In this document: positions 53,426 through 64,000 of the stretch, one piece after another
How the letters are laid out: each line of letters begins with the position of its first letter
Numbering within the stretch: position 1 is the first letter of the stretch
Source of the DNA: Takakia lepidozioides
Taxonomy: Eukaryota; Plantae; Bryophyta
DNA length: 64,000 nt
Assembly: GCA_030704615.1 (NCBI GenBank)
Contig: CM060733.1
Coordinates: 70,432,001-70,496,000, forward strand
Direction: 5' to 3'
Notes under the pieces: generated by a model
The model's database searches: none
What the model saw: only the letters and a program-made list of their open reading frames with translations
What the model was told of the DNA's origin: nothing
Made by a program: the position numbers and the translations under genes

Positions 53426-53484
53426 GCTCACGCTTCCCTGAAGCGTGAGCTCAGCTCCCAGGCTCACGGGGCTGGGCTCACGCC
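53426..53484 (-). repeat. Right terminal repeat cluster (GCTCACG x3 plus one inverted copy)
   Basis: Mirror of the left cluster, followed by the 10-bp palindrome CGTAGCTACG. Confidence 0.78.
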
Positions 53485-53559
53485 GTAGCTACGCTGCCGC
53501 TTGGGGGCAGCACCTCCGCCCAAAATGGGCAGTTGCATGCTCTGTCTAGCATGCTCGGC

Positions 53560-54930
53560 ACTTGGGCGCTCAGCTAGGAAGACAGTCAAGTGTGGGGACT
53601 TCAACTTGAAAGTTTCTAACCGGTTTGAAGCCCTGGAAGAGATTGATACCAAGCAGCCAGACAGGTTAGTTGGCCCTATGTGTGCTGAAGCTGAGTGTCA
53701 GGAATCTGGAGGATTTGGCACTCTTAACTTAGCTGGACTGTGCTAAGTTCCTTGCCAAGGGTCAGGTGGTCTTATTGGGTGACTTCAATGCCCGGGTGGG
53801 TAAAGGTCTGAAAGAGCTTCAGCTTTCAACCCTGAACAATAGGTCAAAAGGTGACCCGATCCATTGTGGATTATATCATAGTGGACAAGAATCTGTTTCC
53901 CTAGAGTGCCAATGTGTTAATTGACAGAACTGATATTGCTACCTCTGACCACTTTCTGGTTTGGACTGAGATCAAAAGGTGTTTCCCCAACACCAAGAGA
54001 TCTGTGAAACGTTCAATCCAGAAGTGGCGCATTGGAAAATTCTGAAATGAAGAGGTCAAGGCTGAGTATGTCCAGGCCTTGCAAGAGGCTCTGCCCAACT
54101 TTGGCCATTTGCTCCAAGACCTTCAATCTTGCGCTGGCAATGCAAGAAATGAAGTCGAAAGAGCGGTGGACTCTTGGGAGAGTTTCGTCTCTTCTGTGGC
54201 TGAAAAGATCGTTGGGAGGAAAGTAATTGTCTGCGGTAGAGGTGTTAATTGGTGGACCAATGAGATCAAACTCAAGATTGCCGAGAGACGAGCCCTCTAT
54301 AAAGAATGCTGCAGAATGAAAGCCAATAATGACCTTTGGGTTAGGTACTACCAACTCCGCAAAGATATCAATCAGCTTGTAAGGTCTCAGAAGAAACTAT
54401 ATTGGGATAAGTTTTACGGCGAAATAAACTCAAACCACCACGGTGGAAATGACAAGAAATTTTGGTTGGCTCTTCAATGTCTATACTATCATAACTTATA
54501 TTCTCACACCAAAAGTTGTGTCACTGTTAATGGACAAAAGTCCAACTTCTTTGATATAGACCAAGGTGTAGCTGTAACTGTAACTGGGATGCACAGATCC
54601 AGAAAGTTGTTCAAACTGGCAAGGGCAAAGCACTGAGTCTCACTAAAAAATTTCACTGCAGAGGGTTTAACTTTGAGGTTAAGAAAACCTTGCTTTGCCG
54701 CGTTTCCCTGAACCTGTTTGTAGTCTGTGACGTGGGGAAGGATATCATGGATGACCTCAAGGGTCTACCCACTCTCGGCACCAGACTGAAATTTAAACTC
54801 AGGGCAGGAAGCCTACCTTTGAACAGTAAACAGAAGCAGAGAGGAAAGGGAGAGTGCAATTGCCCGTTGTGTGGGCATCCCAAAAACAATATTCATTTTC
54901 TGATTCACTGTCTGGGGTAGTCTCACCCTA
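53560..54930 (+). mobile_element. Internally deleted LINE (APE-RT non-LTR retrotransposon), fragment 1
   Basis: ORF1-like VSNRFEALEE, endonuclease remnants (LLGDFNARVG, SDH), linker with WW (NWWTNEIK), RT core deleted, C-terminal CPLC..HFLIHC. Confidence 0.85.
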
Positions 54931-55109
54931 AGTGTGTGGAGTCTGAATGTCATGTAACTGAAGGATTTGGTACTATGAATGGTTTAGCAATTCTCAAATT
55001 TTACACAAGACGAGTAAAGTCTACACACAGGGTAATTGTCCCCCTTTTGCAGAACGGTTGGCCATTCAGGAGCAATCTTACGCTACCTAGACGACAAACA
55101 ATTCACATG

Positions 55110-57180
55110 CAAAGGGCTGGCTTGCGGCTGGCCACAATCTAACCTCACAGGGCTAACTAACCAAAGGAAACAACTCGAAGTGGGACAAGTTCTTCGGACT
55201 AATGATATGAACTGGTTGGAGATGTCATTGGTTATAAATGGGCAGGTAAGATGTGTATTCCAAGGCAGCCTCTGCCAAACGCGGTCAAAAAGAGGTTGGA
55301 TTCTTTGTCCGTGATTTCTTGTTTGACAATTGTGAAATTATCAACAAGGGTTTGAGGTACGAGCATAGTATATGGCTAAAGCTGAAACTGAAGGGCGGCA
55401 TGAGTACGAAGGACCTCTTTGTGGGTTGTGTTTACATGCCCACAGAGGGGACCCTTAGTGCTGACGCAGACAAAGCCTTCGAAGATGTAAAGCTAGACTG
55501 TGCTTTGTTCCTTGCCAAAGGTCAAGTGATTTTATTGGGTGACTTCAATGCCCGAGTGGGTAAAGGTCTCCATCAGGATGATATCATTGGGCCTTTTGGT
55601 GAGGACGAGCTGAACTCTAATGGCAGACGGTTAATTAACTGTCTGGAAGAGCTTCAGCTTCTGGCCTTGAACAATAGGACAAAAGGTGACCAAGTGCAGT
55701 GGATTCGTGAGAAAGCCCAAACTGGGGAACGTTCCATTGTGGATTATATCATAATGGACAAAAATTTGTTTCCCCAGAGTGCCAATGTGTTGATCGACAG
55801 AACTGATATTGGTACCTTTGACCACTTCCTGGTTTGGACTGAGATCAAAAGGTGTTTTCCCAACACCAAGAGATCTGTGAAATGTTTGATTCCGAAGTGG
55901 CGCATAGAAAAATTCCATAATGAAGAGGTCAAGGCTGAGTATGTCCAGGCCTTGCAAGAGACTCTTCCTCATTTTGTCCATTTGCTCCAAGACCTTCAGT
56001 GTTGCGCAGTCAATGCAAGAAATGAAGTCGAAAGAGCAGTGGATTCTTGGGGTATCCTTGGCAGAACTTCTAGGTCTAACAGTGAGGGGTCCTCTGATGA
56101 ATGGGAGGACACAGTTGGTAAAACTGTTCCTATGATTCAAAACAGCCCTGATGAACTGGAGTATATTTCAAAAACCTACAACACTCCCATTTTGCAGAGT
56201 TATAAGTACTCGTCTCGAGGTTGATCTGGAATCTAGAGGTACGAAGGCCAAGCTGGCTTTCGGCGAAACAGGGGCTATGTGGACCATATCTTCACTCTAA
56301 GCCAGATTATCCAGGGAAGGGAAAAAGAAGGGAAACCCACTTATGTTTTTTCCTTGGATGTCAAAAAGGTTTATGACACTGTGTGGAGAGATGGTCTATG
56401 GCTCCACCTCTGGAGTTACGGAATCAAGGGAAAAATGTGGAGAGTTGTCCATAACTTGTATGCTGATACCAAAAGTTATGTCACTGTTAATGGACAAAAG
56501 TCCAATTTCTTTGACATAGACCAGGGTGTACCTCAAGGATGTACCCTCTCCCCTCTGTTCTTCAATGTTTTCATCAATCAACGCCTCGAGGATGTGGAAT
56601 GTGAGGGATTTGGGTTAAGGGTGGGTGATGCCACCATTCCAGCCCTTATATTTGCGGATGACTTCGCAGTTATAGGGGAGACTCCTTCAAACCTCCAGGA
56701 ATTCATTGATTGCACAAAGAGATACTTTGATCTTTGGGGGCTAGAGGCTAATGTCAGTAAATGTGCAGTGGTGGCATTCAACTACAGAGGAGAGGGAGGA
56801 AGTGATCTTAAGTGGCAGTGGGGTAGTCAAGAGATCCCAGTCCTCCCTTCCTACACATACCTGGGTGTTGAGTTTTCCTCCAATTGTAACTGGGATGCAC
56901 ATATCCAGAAAGTTGTTCAACTGGCAAGGGCAAAGCGCTGAGTCTCACTAATTTTTTTCACTGCAGAGGGATTAACTCTGAGGTCAAGAAAACCTTGTTT
57001 TGCCGCATTATTAGACCTGCTATATGGGGTGCTTAAAGAGTGCATGTCAGCATGCTCCAAAACAGCCAATGTCGCTGTTCAGGGTGAGTTTGGCATCCCT
57101 TCCTTAAGCTCCCGATGAGATGAATTCAAGGTCAGATGGTGGGGTCAGTTGATGGAAACTACATTCTGGGCACTGTTAGG
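55110..57180 (+). mobile_element. LINE fragment 2 (same family): APE endonuclease and RT
   Basis: GCVYMP, LLGDFNARVG, IVDYI, FDH, QAGFR, GVPQGCTLSPLFFNVFI, LIFADD, YTYLGV. The linker is replaced by unrelated sequence at ~56050-56240. Confidence 0.92.
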
Positions 57181-58455
57181 GCTAGGATGCGGTTCGGGCA
57201 ACTGCCAGGTAAGTTTACTGTTGCAGATGCACGGTTACTGGCTAGTCATGATTGTGTCGGATGAATTTAGCTCTGGTTCGTGGATGGAAGAAACAAGCTA
57301 TGTGGGCTAGTCATGCTCGTCATATGCATTTATCTTTATGAAATGATTTTGGTGAGAGACAGGCTAATGCTGGTAGGCTATTTGTATGGGGCCAAGACAG
57401 AGTGCTACAAAGTCTATTTTTTTTTCTTCTTTGGTAAGAAGGAAGCGCCAGGATCTAGAAGGCCTTGCTACTTGCCTCATGTAGTCCTAAATGTGAGTAT
57501 TAAAGCAGTAGCTGTCTAGTCAGAACTGCTATAATGTGCATGTGATGCTAGGCAACCAAACACATGGACCTTACATTCCATACTCTTGTTACCTCAGTCT
57601 CAAATATTCTCTTAGTAACCAAGACACTATTTGCAACTTTCTGAGATATATCATAATTTTGTAACTTTTACAATAAAATACAAGGTATGTGAAATAGGGC
57701 AAAGGACATAAGAGAAGTGCCTGTTGTGAGAGCGTCTAGTACACCACTTGCCTGCAGATACTTTTGGAATGCTTCCTTCTGTGATTTACTTGCCAACACA
57801 CACATATCAAGTCATCATCTGATTGGTGTGATTTCCTTGTTTGATATACATTTGTGTCCAACAACCTGTTTGTTTGTTTTTTTTTCTTGATCTTGCCATA
57901 TGAGACAACTACATTTGTTTTCTAGTACCTCTAAAGTGTCATGAAAGACATGACAAGTCTGTTATAGTTTCTTTGTGGGTACCAGGGATGTCTGCTTGTC
58001 TCAGGCAGTGGCCACATCACAAACAGATGTGAGCCCGGACTGCACCACCATAATCTTAGCATTGACTGGTGAATTACTGGTGACAATCTAAGTAAAATCG
58101 TAAGTGCTGAGAACTTCGGACTAGCTAGTTCAAGGCCCACACTCAAATCATCAAAAGCTGAATTTTTATGTACCAAGATAAGCTGGATTTTAGTGTACCT
58201 ATTGTTGATCCACTTCCAAGAGCCGATGCAAATTGATGGTGTACAATACTTGGTGTAAAAATGGTTGGGCTGCCACAGGGTACAATGTAAACAAGGTGGT
58301 TCCATGTTTGTTAACATAAAACAACTTACAAACAAGATCCCTCAATCATATTGAAACAAGAAGAATTTGCACATTTCTTTTCGTGTTGGTTCTGCCCATT
58401 CTCTTTCCTATTACAAGCAAACATTCGCATAACTGCTTGCTGAACTCAGACCTAA

Positions 58456-59090
58456 ATGTTTGAAATGTTGTTTATGATCTATGCAGCTTAAGAAGTTTTC
58501 CACTAGGAGGATTAGAAATACTTACTCTTACCGAGAGAGACAGATCGAAGAAGCAACGTCGTCAGGGATTGGGAAGCTGCCTAATTACGATTCACAAGGA
58601 CTATCAACGTTCGTACTACCAATGACAAAATGAGGGAAAGCCACGGTCTTCGCTGAAAGCTCTCAGCTTGCAAGGTGAATGATGGCGGGAAACACAGAGC
58701 TCCTACAGTTCAAGAACTGCAACAACTTCAAGAACTTGCTGCACTCAAACAACCATTGCAACATATAAGAGGGCTGTTGATACACAAAAATGTTTGAAAT
58801 GCTGTTTATGATCTATGGAGCTTAAGAGGTTTCCCACTAGGAGGATCAGAAATGCTTGCTCTTACCAGGAGAGTCAAATCGAAGAACAAACGTCGTCAGT
58901 GATTGGGAAGCCGCCTAATTAAGCCTCACAAGGATTATCAAAGTTCGTTCTACCAATGACAAAATGAGGAAAAACCACGGTTCTCGCTGAGAGCTTGTAG
59001 CTTGCAAGGTGAACGATGGCGGAAAACGCAGAGCTCATGCAGTTTAAGAACTGCAACAACTTCAAGAACCGCAACAACTTCAAGAACCGG
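58456..59090. repeat. Diverged tandem duplication (~330-bp period)
   Basis: aaatgtttgaaatg(c/t)tgtttatgatctatg...gcttgcaaggtgaa(t/c)gatggcgg...caacttcaagaac occurs starting at ~58456 and ~58789. Confidence 0.85.
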
Positions 59091-59479
59091 GCAGACCCGA
59101 CGCGCTCTGGGAAAATTTGGTGCTTTGGGCGTTCTCGGGCGGGCAGTCCGGGCAGGGATAAAAAAATGTAACATACACATCTCATGTTTCATTGTTTCGC
59201 GCAAGAAGAATGGCAGAGTGTTGCCAAAGTTGAACCAATCAAAATGCTTATGTGAACCTTGAGCCCTACAACCAATCGTATTTTTGGGGAATTTTATCAA
59301 AACATTTTTTGTCAAGTGGACAAAAAGTAAGCAGTCTTGGGCCAGCAATGGCCCTTCATAGCACATGACCGATTGACTCACTAATAACAAACTACTCTTG
59401 TCACATTTGGATTCTTCATTCATTATTCAGTATTGATTATCGTTCAAACACTATGGCTGCCAGTCGATAGAGTATGCAA

Positions 59480-59615
59480 TTCCGTTGCAATGTGCCAAAG
59501 CCATGACCAATGGGCTATGGCTTCCCATGACCAAGATGTCAGGACACTCTCTTTGAACTTCCTCGCATATCGTACTCTTTATATCTCCTTGCTTCAACCA
59601 GTCTTCAAATTCCAC
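59480..59615 (-). pseudogene. Universal stress protein (USP-A) exon fragment
   Basis: After the acceptor ttctttaatgacAG it reads VEFEDWLKQGDIKSTICEEVQRECPDILVMGSH..GFGTLQR, matching the USP GD-x-K...D-x-LVMGS-x-G signature. Confidence 0.65.
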
Positions 59616-59699
59616 CTGTCATTAAAGAAAACCCACACATGAGAAAAGTACTGTCCAGCTCTCTTGTTCACCATGGATCACTTTGCCAGGGCTGCCAGA

Positions 59700-59860
59700 C
59701 GCACTGCAAATGCACACAAATGTGATGTGGGCGGTTTCACCCCTTCCCCCATCATTTGCTCATAGGTCTACAAAGCCTCCATCCCGCACCCCTGCTATGC
59801 ATACCCTGCAAACATCACAATCCACGACACCACATCTCGTTCAGCCATAGTCACTCCAAA
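59700..59860 (-). pseudogene. Degenerate PPR (PLS-class) motif fragment
   Basis: MAERDVVSWIVMFAGYA*QGCGMEAL*TYEQMMGEG..ITFVCI, with stops. Confidence 0.7.
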
Positions 59861-60349
59861 CTATCAAAGATTCACTCAACCAGCTAACTTGCAGAATTCA
59901 ATATGGATATTTAGGGCTGATTCTGATAAGAGGGAAAAACAGGGTGAAATGTGTTGAAGAAGGTGCCTTCATTAGCTAATTTTATCAATTGTGCCGCTGC
60001 TGCTGCTACGGCTTCCACTTGACCATCTACCCATGCAGGTTTCTTGTAGGTAATCATAGGTAATCTGGAAAACGGCTCCTGGCAAATCACGCACATCCAC
60101 AGGTACAAAGCGGCGTACAAAACCTGCGACGCAGCCTACTATTGTCCCTTCCTCTGTACTCTCCACCTTGCCACTCTTAACACGGCCCTTCCTTCTGCTA
60201 CCTGTACAAATGAACAGTCAGTGATGTGGGCGGTTTCAAATGTGATGTGGGCACTGACTGTTCATTTGAAAATGTCTGATAGATTTCTCTATATCCTACA
60301 CGATGCTTAGAACATATGGCGCATTGATCAATCGCAGGAAAAATCCCAT

Positions 60350-60860
60350 GGTTTGAAGTTGGTGAACAGAGGTGCTGGGCCCCCTCCTCAAACAGCCCAA
60401 AAACAACCCTTAGCAGCCCAAAAACTGTAATGATGGAGCTTATGGGATGACAAGGGACTGCGGAAAACTAAAAGGAAATAAACCAGACAGCCTCCTCCAC
60501 AACCATGTGACAAAACCACAGAAAGACAATTAAGGCTAGTTGAACAAAGTGATATGAACTTACCTTCACATAATCAATTAGTTCGGGCTTTCCAGATTTC
60601 ATCTAGAAAGCCCTTCACACAAACTTCAATATGTTGTGTGAGCTGCCCAGCAAGTAGACCCCAACAGTACAAGGACTTTAGCATCAGCTTCGAGGGTTTG
60701 AAGTTGGTGAACAGAGGTGCTGGGCCCCCTCCACAAGTAAAAAACAGCCCTTAGCAGCCCAAAAATAGTAATGATGGAGCTTATGGGATGACAAGCTAGG
60801 ACTGCTAAAAACATGAAAGGAAACAAACCAGACAGCCCCCTCCACAAGCAGCCCACAAAA
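60350..60860. repeat. Direct duplication of a ~170-bp segment
   Basis: ggtttgaagttggtgaacagaggtgctgggcccc...ccagacagcc occurs at ~60350 and ~60695. Confidence 0.85.
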
Positions 60861-61011
60861 TCACTATGCCAGTGAAAACAAGGGAACAAAGCAAAGGCAA
60901 AAGGCCCTAAACTTAGGCCCTTCTCCTATACTTGACCCATGTGCTCCAGACTACACACATTAAGCACGTACACTTGCCATCAAGGTTTACGCTCTGAAAA
61001 TCAGAAATAAA

Positions 61012-63340
61012 TCAACAAGAAGCAAATGAGGGCTCGTCCCAATGTAGCCAGTGAGAAGGTGGGGCGCTTACCTTTTCATATGTTTGTTTCGGTGCTTGTC
61101 CAAACAGGTGCTGAGACTTTACATATTCTGGAATGCTTGCAGCCGTGGCAGCTCCTTCCAAATATGGCCACAGTTTGGATGTCAGGAAGCCATCATCCAC
61201 ATGAAGCTTGTTCCTGGTAAGGGGGCTGAGGTGAGGATACTTGGGCGTACGAGCTCTCTTCACCTGTGTACAAACCATGAATACATCCTCAGCCTTGCTG
61301 CTAGCAGCTGAAGCAGCTGACACTGACGGCGTGAAGTTCTTCCAGCAAACACCCCAACCCTACCTACAGTAACATGTCAAAATCACTACAAAACCACCAC
61401 AGATCCACCAACGAGCTTCTCCTCATCTATGTTATCTGTTTTTGGATACTTTCCTGCTGCCACATCGGCAGTAACTTGTCAAAGTCACTCCTAACCACCA
61501 TAGATCCACCCAACGAGCTAACTTACATAATTCAATATGCATCTCAGGGCCGAGTCTAATGAGAGTGTTAAACAGGCAGAAATAGGTTGAAGAAGAAGGT
61601 GCCCTCACCACATTGTCCTTGACCTTGTGTCATGACCCATGGAGGATTTGACCAAACATTAACCCAAAAGGACCTCTTGTGTGTGCAGCTTGTGACTGCG
61701 GCTTTCAAAATGACATTTGATAACCTGATAAGCATTCACCTTTTTGCCTCGGTTGTCCCACCAATGGCTAGCTGAAAAGGATTCATCCCATAGCTTCTCC
61801 TCATCTCTGTTACCTGTTTTTGGATACTTTCCTGTTGTCACATTGGCAGTATCATGTCAAAGTCACTCCAAACTACCAAAGGTTCACTCAACCAGCTAAC
61901 ATGCAGAATTCAACATGGAAATTTAGGGCAGATTTTGATAAGAGGGGAAGATAGGGTGAAATGTGTAAAGAAGGTGCCTTCTCCTCATCCATGTTAGCTG
62001 TTTTTGGTTACTTTCCTGCTGCCACATCGGCAGTAACTTGTCAAAGTCACTCCTAACCACCACAGATCCACCCAACGAGCTAACTTACAAAGTTCAATAT
62101 GCATCTTAGGGCCGAGTCTGATGAGAGGGTAAAACAGATAGACATAGGTTGAAGAAGAAGGTGCCCTCACCACATTGTCCTTGACCTTGTGTCATGACCA
62201 TGGAGGATTTGACCGAACATCAACCCTAAAGGACCTTGTTGCAGCTTGTGCCTGAAGCCTTCAGATTGACATCTGGCAATCTGCAGGCATTCACTTTTTT
62301 GCCTTGTTTGTCCCACCATTGGCTGGGGTCATAAAAATATTCATCCCACAGCTTCTCCTCATCTCTGTTACCTGTTTTTGGATACTTTCCCGTGTCACAT
62401 TGGCAGTATCATGTCAAAGTCACTCCAAACTACCAAAGGTTCACTCAATCAGCTAACTTACAGAATTCAACATGGAAATGTAGGGCAGATTCTGATAAGA
62501 GGGGAAAACAGGGTGAAATGCGTTGAAGAAGGTGCATTCTCCTCATCCATGTTATCTGTTTTTGGATACTTTCCTGCTGCCACATCGGCAGTAACTTGTC
62601 AAAGTCACTCATAACCACCACAGATCCACCTAACGAGCTAACTTACAGAGTTCAATATGAACATCAACCCTAAAGGACCTCTTGTGTGTGCAACTTGTGT
62701 TGGTAGCCTTCAGAATGACATCTGGTAATCTACAGGCATTCACCTTTTTGCCTCGTTTGTCCCACCATTGGCTGGGGTCAAAAAAGTATTCATCCCACAG
62801 CTTCTCCTCATCTTTGTTTTCCTGTTTTTGGATACTTTCTTGTGTCACATTGGCAGTATCATGTCAAAGTCACTTCAAACTACCAAAGGTTCACTCAATC
62901 AGCTAACTTGCAGAATTCAACATGGAAATGTAGGGCCGATTCTGATAAGAGGGGAAAACAGGGTGAAATGTGTTGAAGAAGGTGCTTCTCCTCATCCATG
63001 TTATCTGTTTTTGGATACTTTCCTGCTGCTATATCAGCAGTAACTTGTCAAAGTCACTCCTAACCACCACAGATCCACCCAACGAGCTAACGTACAGAGT
63101 TCGATTTTCATCTCAAGGCCGAGTCTGATGAGAGGGTAAAGCAGACAGAAATAGGTTGAAGAAGAAGGTGCACTCACCACATTGTCCTTGACCTTGTGTC
63201 ATGACCCATGGAGGATTTCACCGAATATCAACCCTAAAGAACCTCTTGTGTCTGCAGCTTGTGTCTGCAGCCTTCAGAATGACATCTGGTAATCTGCAGG
63301 CATTCACATTTTTGCCTCGTTTGTCCCACCAAGCAGCTGG
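61012..63340 (-). pseudogene. Tandem (~450-560 bp) repeats encoding degenerate OSB/PDF-like ssDNA-binding motifs
   Basis: DEEKLWDEYFFDPSQWWD(N/K)RGKKVNA...HKL.TQEVL at ~61756, 62311, 62760 and 63324 resembles the OSB PDF motif (LW..FF..P..WWDNR..K.N...PDFKHK.T.E.LW). Frames are broken. Confidence 0.55.
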
Positions 63341-64000
63341 TTCGATTGGCATTTTGTTCATGAAGTCCTCTGCCACCTCCACTCAACCTGCGCGGCCATG
63401 ATTTTGACTCACGGATTGATCTATGAGAACCACCACGGTGCATCTGAGCAGGTAGAGATTGAACACGGCCTGCTAAGACCAAGCTGACTCTCCCAAGAAC
63501 CTTGCAAACATTAGGAAGAATACCAAATCATGGTACTGACAGGAGCCAAGAGCCCACCTTTACAGGATATACAAACTTCTTCAGATCGTACATTTAGAAA
63601 AAGCGACACCCTTCCCCCATCATTTGCTTGATCCTTCATCTGCCAAGACAATCTCTTCAGCAAGTCTTCAGCTCAGCATGGATTTCCTCAATTCGTTGAG
63701 AGCTTGCAGCTTGCAAGGTGAACGATGGCGGAGAACGCAGATCAAGAAGATCAAGATCCGGGCATTTCGGGCAGTTCCAAAAACGTTGGCGCGGCAATTT
63801 TCTATTGGCGTATTTTTGGCGGGCAGTCCGGGCAGATTGACGAAATTTGACGACCAAACGTGGCTACGAAACGTGGCGACGAAAACGTGGCACTTTGGCA
63901 CCCTATTCCTGCTCTACGCTAAACTAGCTTCCGACCTTCGGTCGTCGCTAGAACTAGGGCTTCGCGTTGCTCCGCACTACTAGCGACGAATTCTGAGAAC

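Larger units (their letters stand above)
15689..53484. mobile_element. Giant (~37.8 kb) Mutator-like DNA transposon carrying a ParB-methyltransferase gene and a palindromic satellite array
   Basis: Inverted GCGTGAGC motif clusters at both ends, an abrupt junction into the gypsy ORF at left, a transposase ending ~320 nt before the right cluster, and divergent cargo genes. No TSD found. Confidence 0.7.

Overview
This is eukaryotic, repeat-dominated DNA, most likely from a land plant (inferred from PPR, USP and OSB-type fragments and short GT-AG introns). 1-15.7 kb holds two near-identical, decayed non-chromovirus Ty3/gypsy LTR retrotransposons, the second apparently inserted into the first. Both have an extra ORF upstream of gag, and the second has a long 3' extension after integrase. 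15.7-53.5 kb is a ~37.8-kb element bounded by inverted clusters of a GCGTGAGC motif. Its right arm (+) encodes a Mutator-like DDE transposase with a GCM-like domain and a SWIM finger. Its left arm (-) encodes a spliced gene, hidden from the ORF track by introns and frameshifts, that fuses a ParB/Sulfiredoxin-type domain (DGNHRLLA = GxxRxxA) to a beta-class N4C/N6A DNA methyltransferase. Between the arms lies a ~27.8-kb array of ~240 116-bp monomers. Most monomers carry a 40-bp palindrome whose 4-nt centre occurs in both orientations, and the array has a ~14-mer higher-order structure. This transposase + ParB-MTase + palindrome array unit is the candidate novel system. 53.5-57.2 kb holds two complementary LINE fragments, and 57.2-64 kb is a mosaic of duplicated host-gene fragments. 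Many 1-bp indels suggest noisy long-read consensus, so frameshifts and array length need read-level checking.
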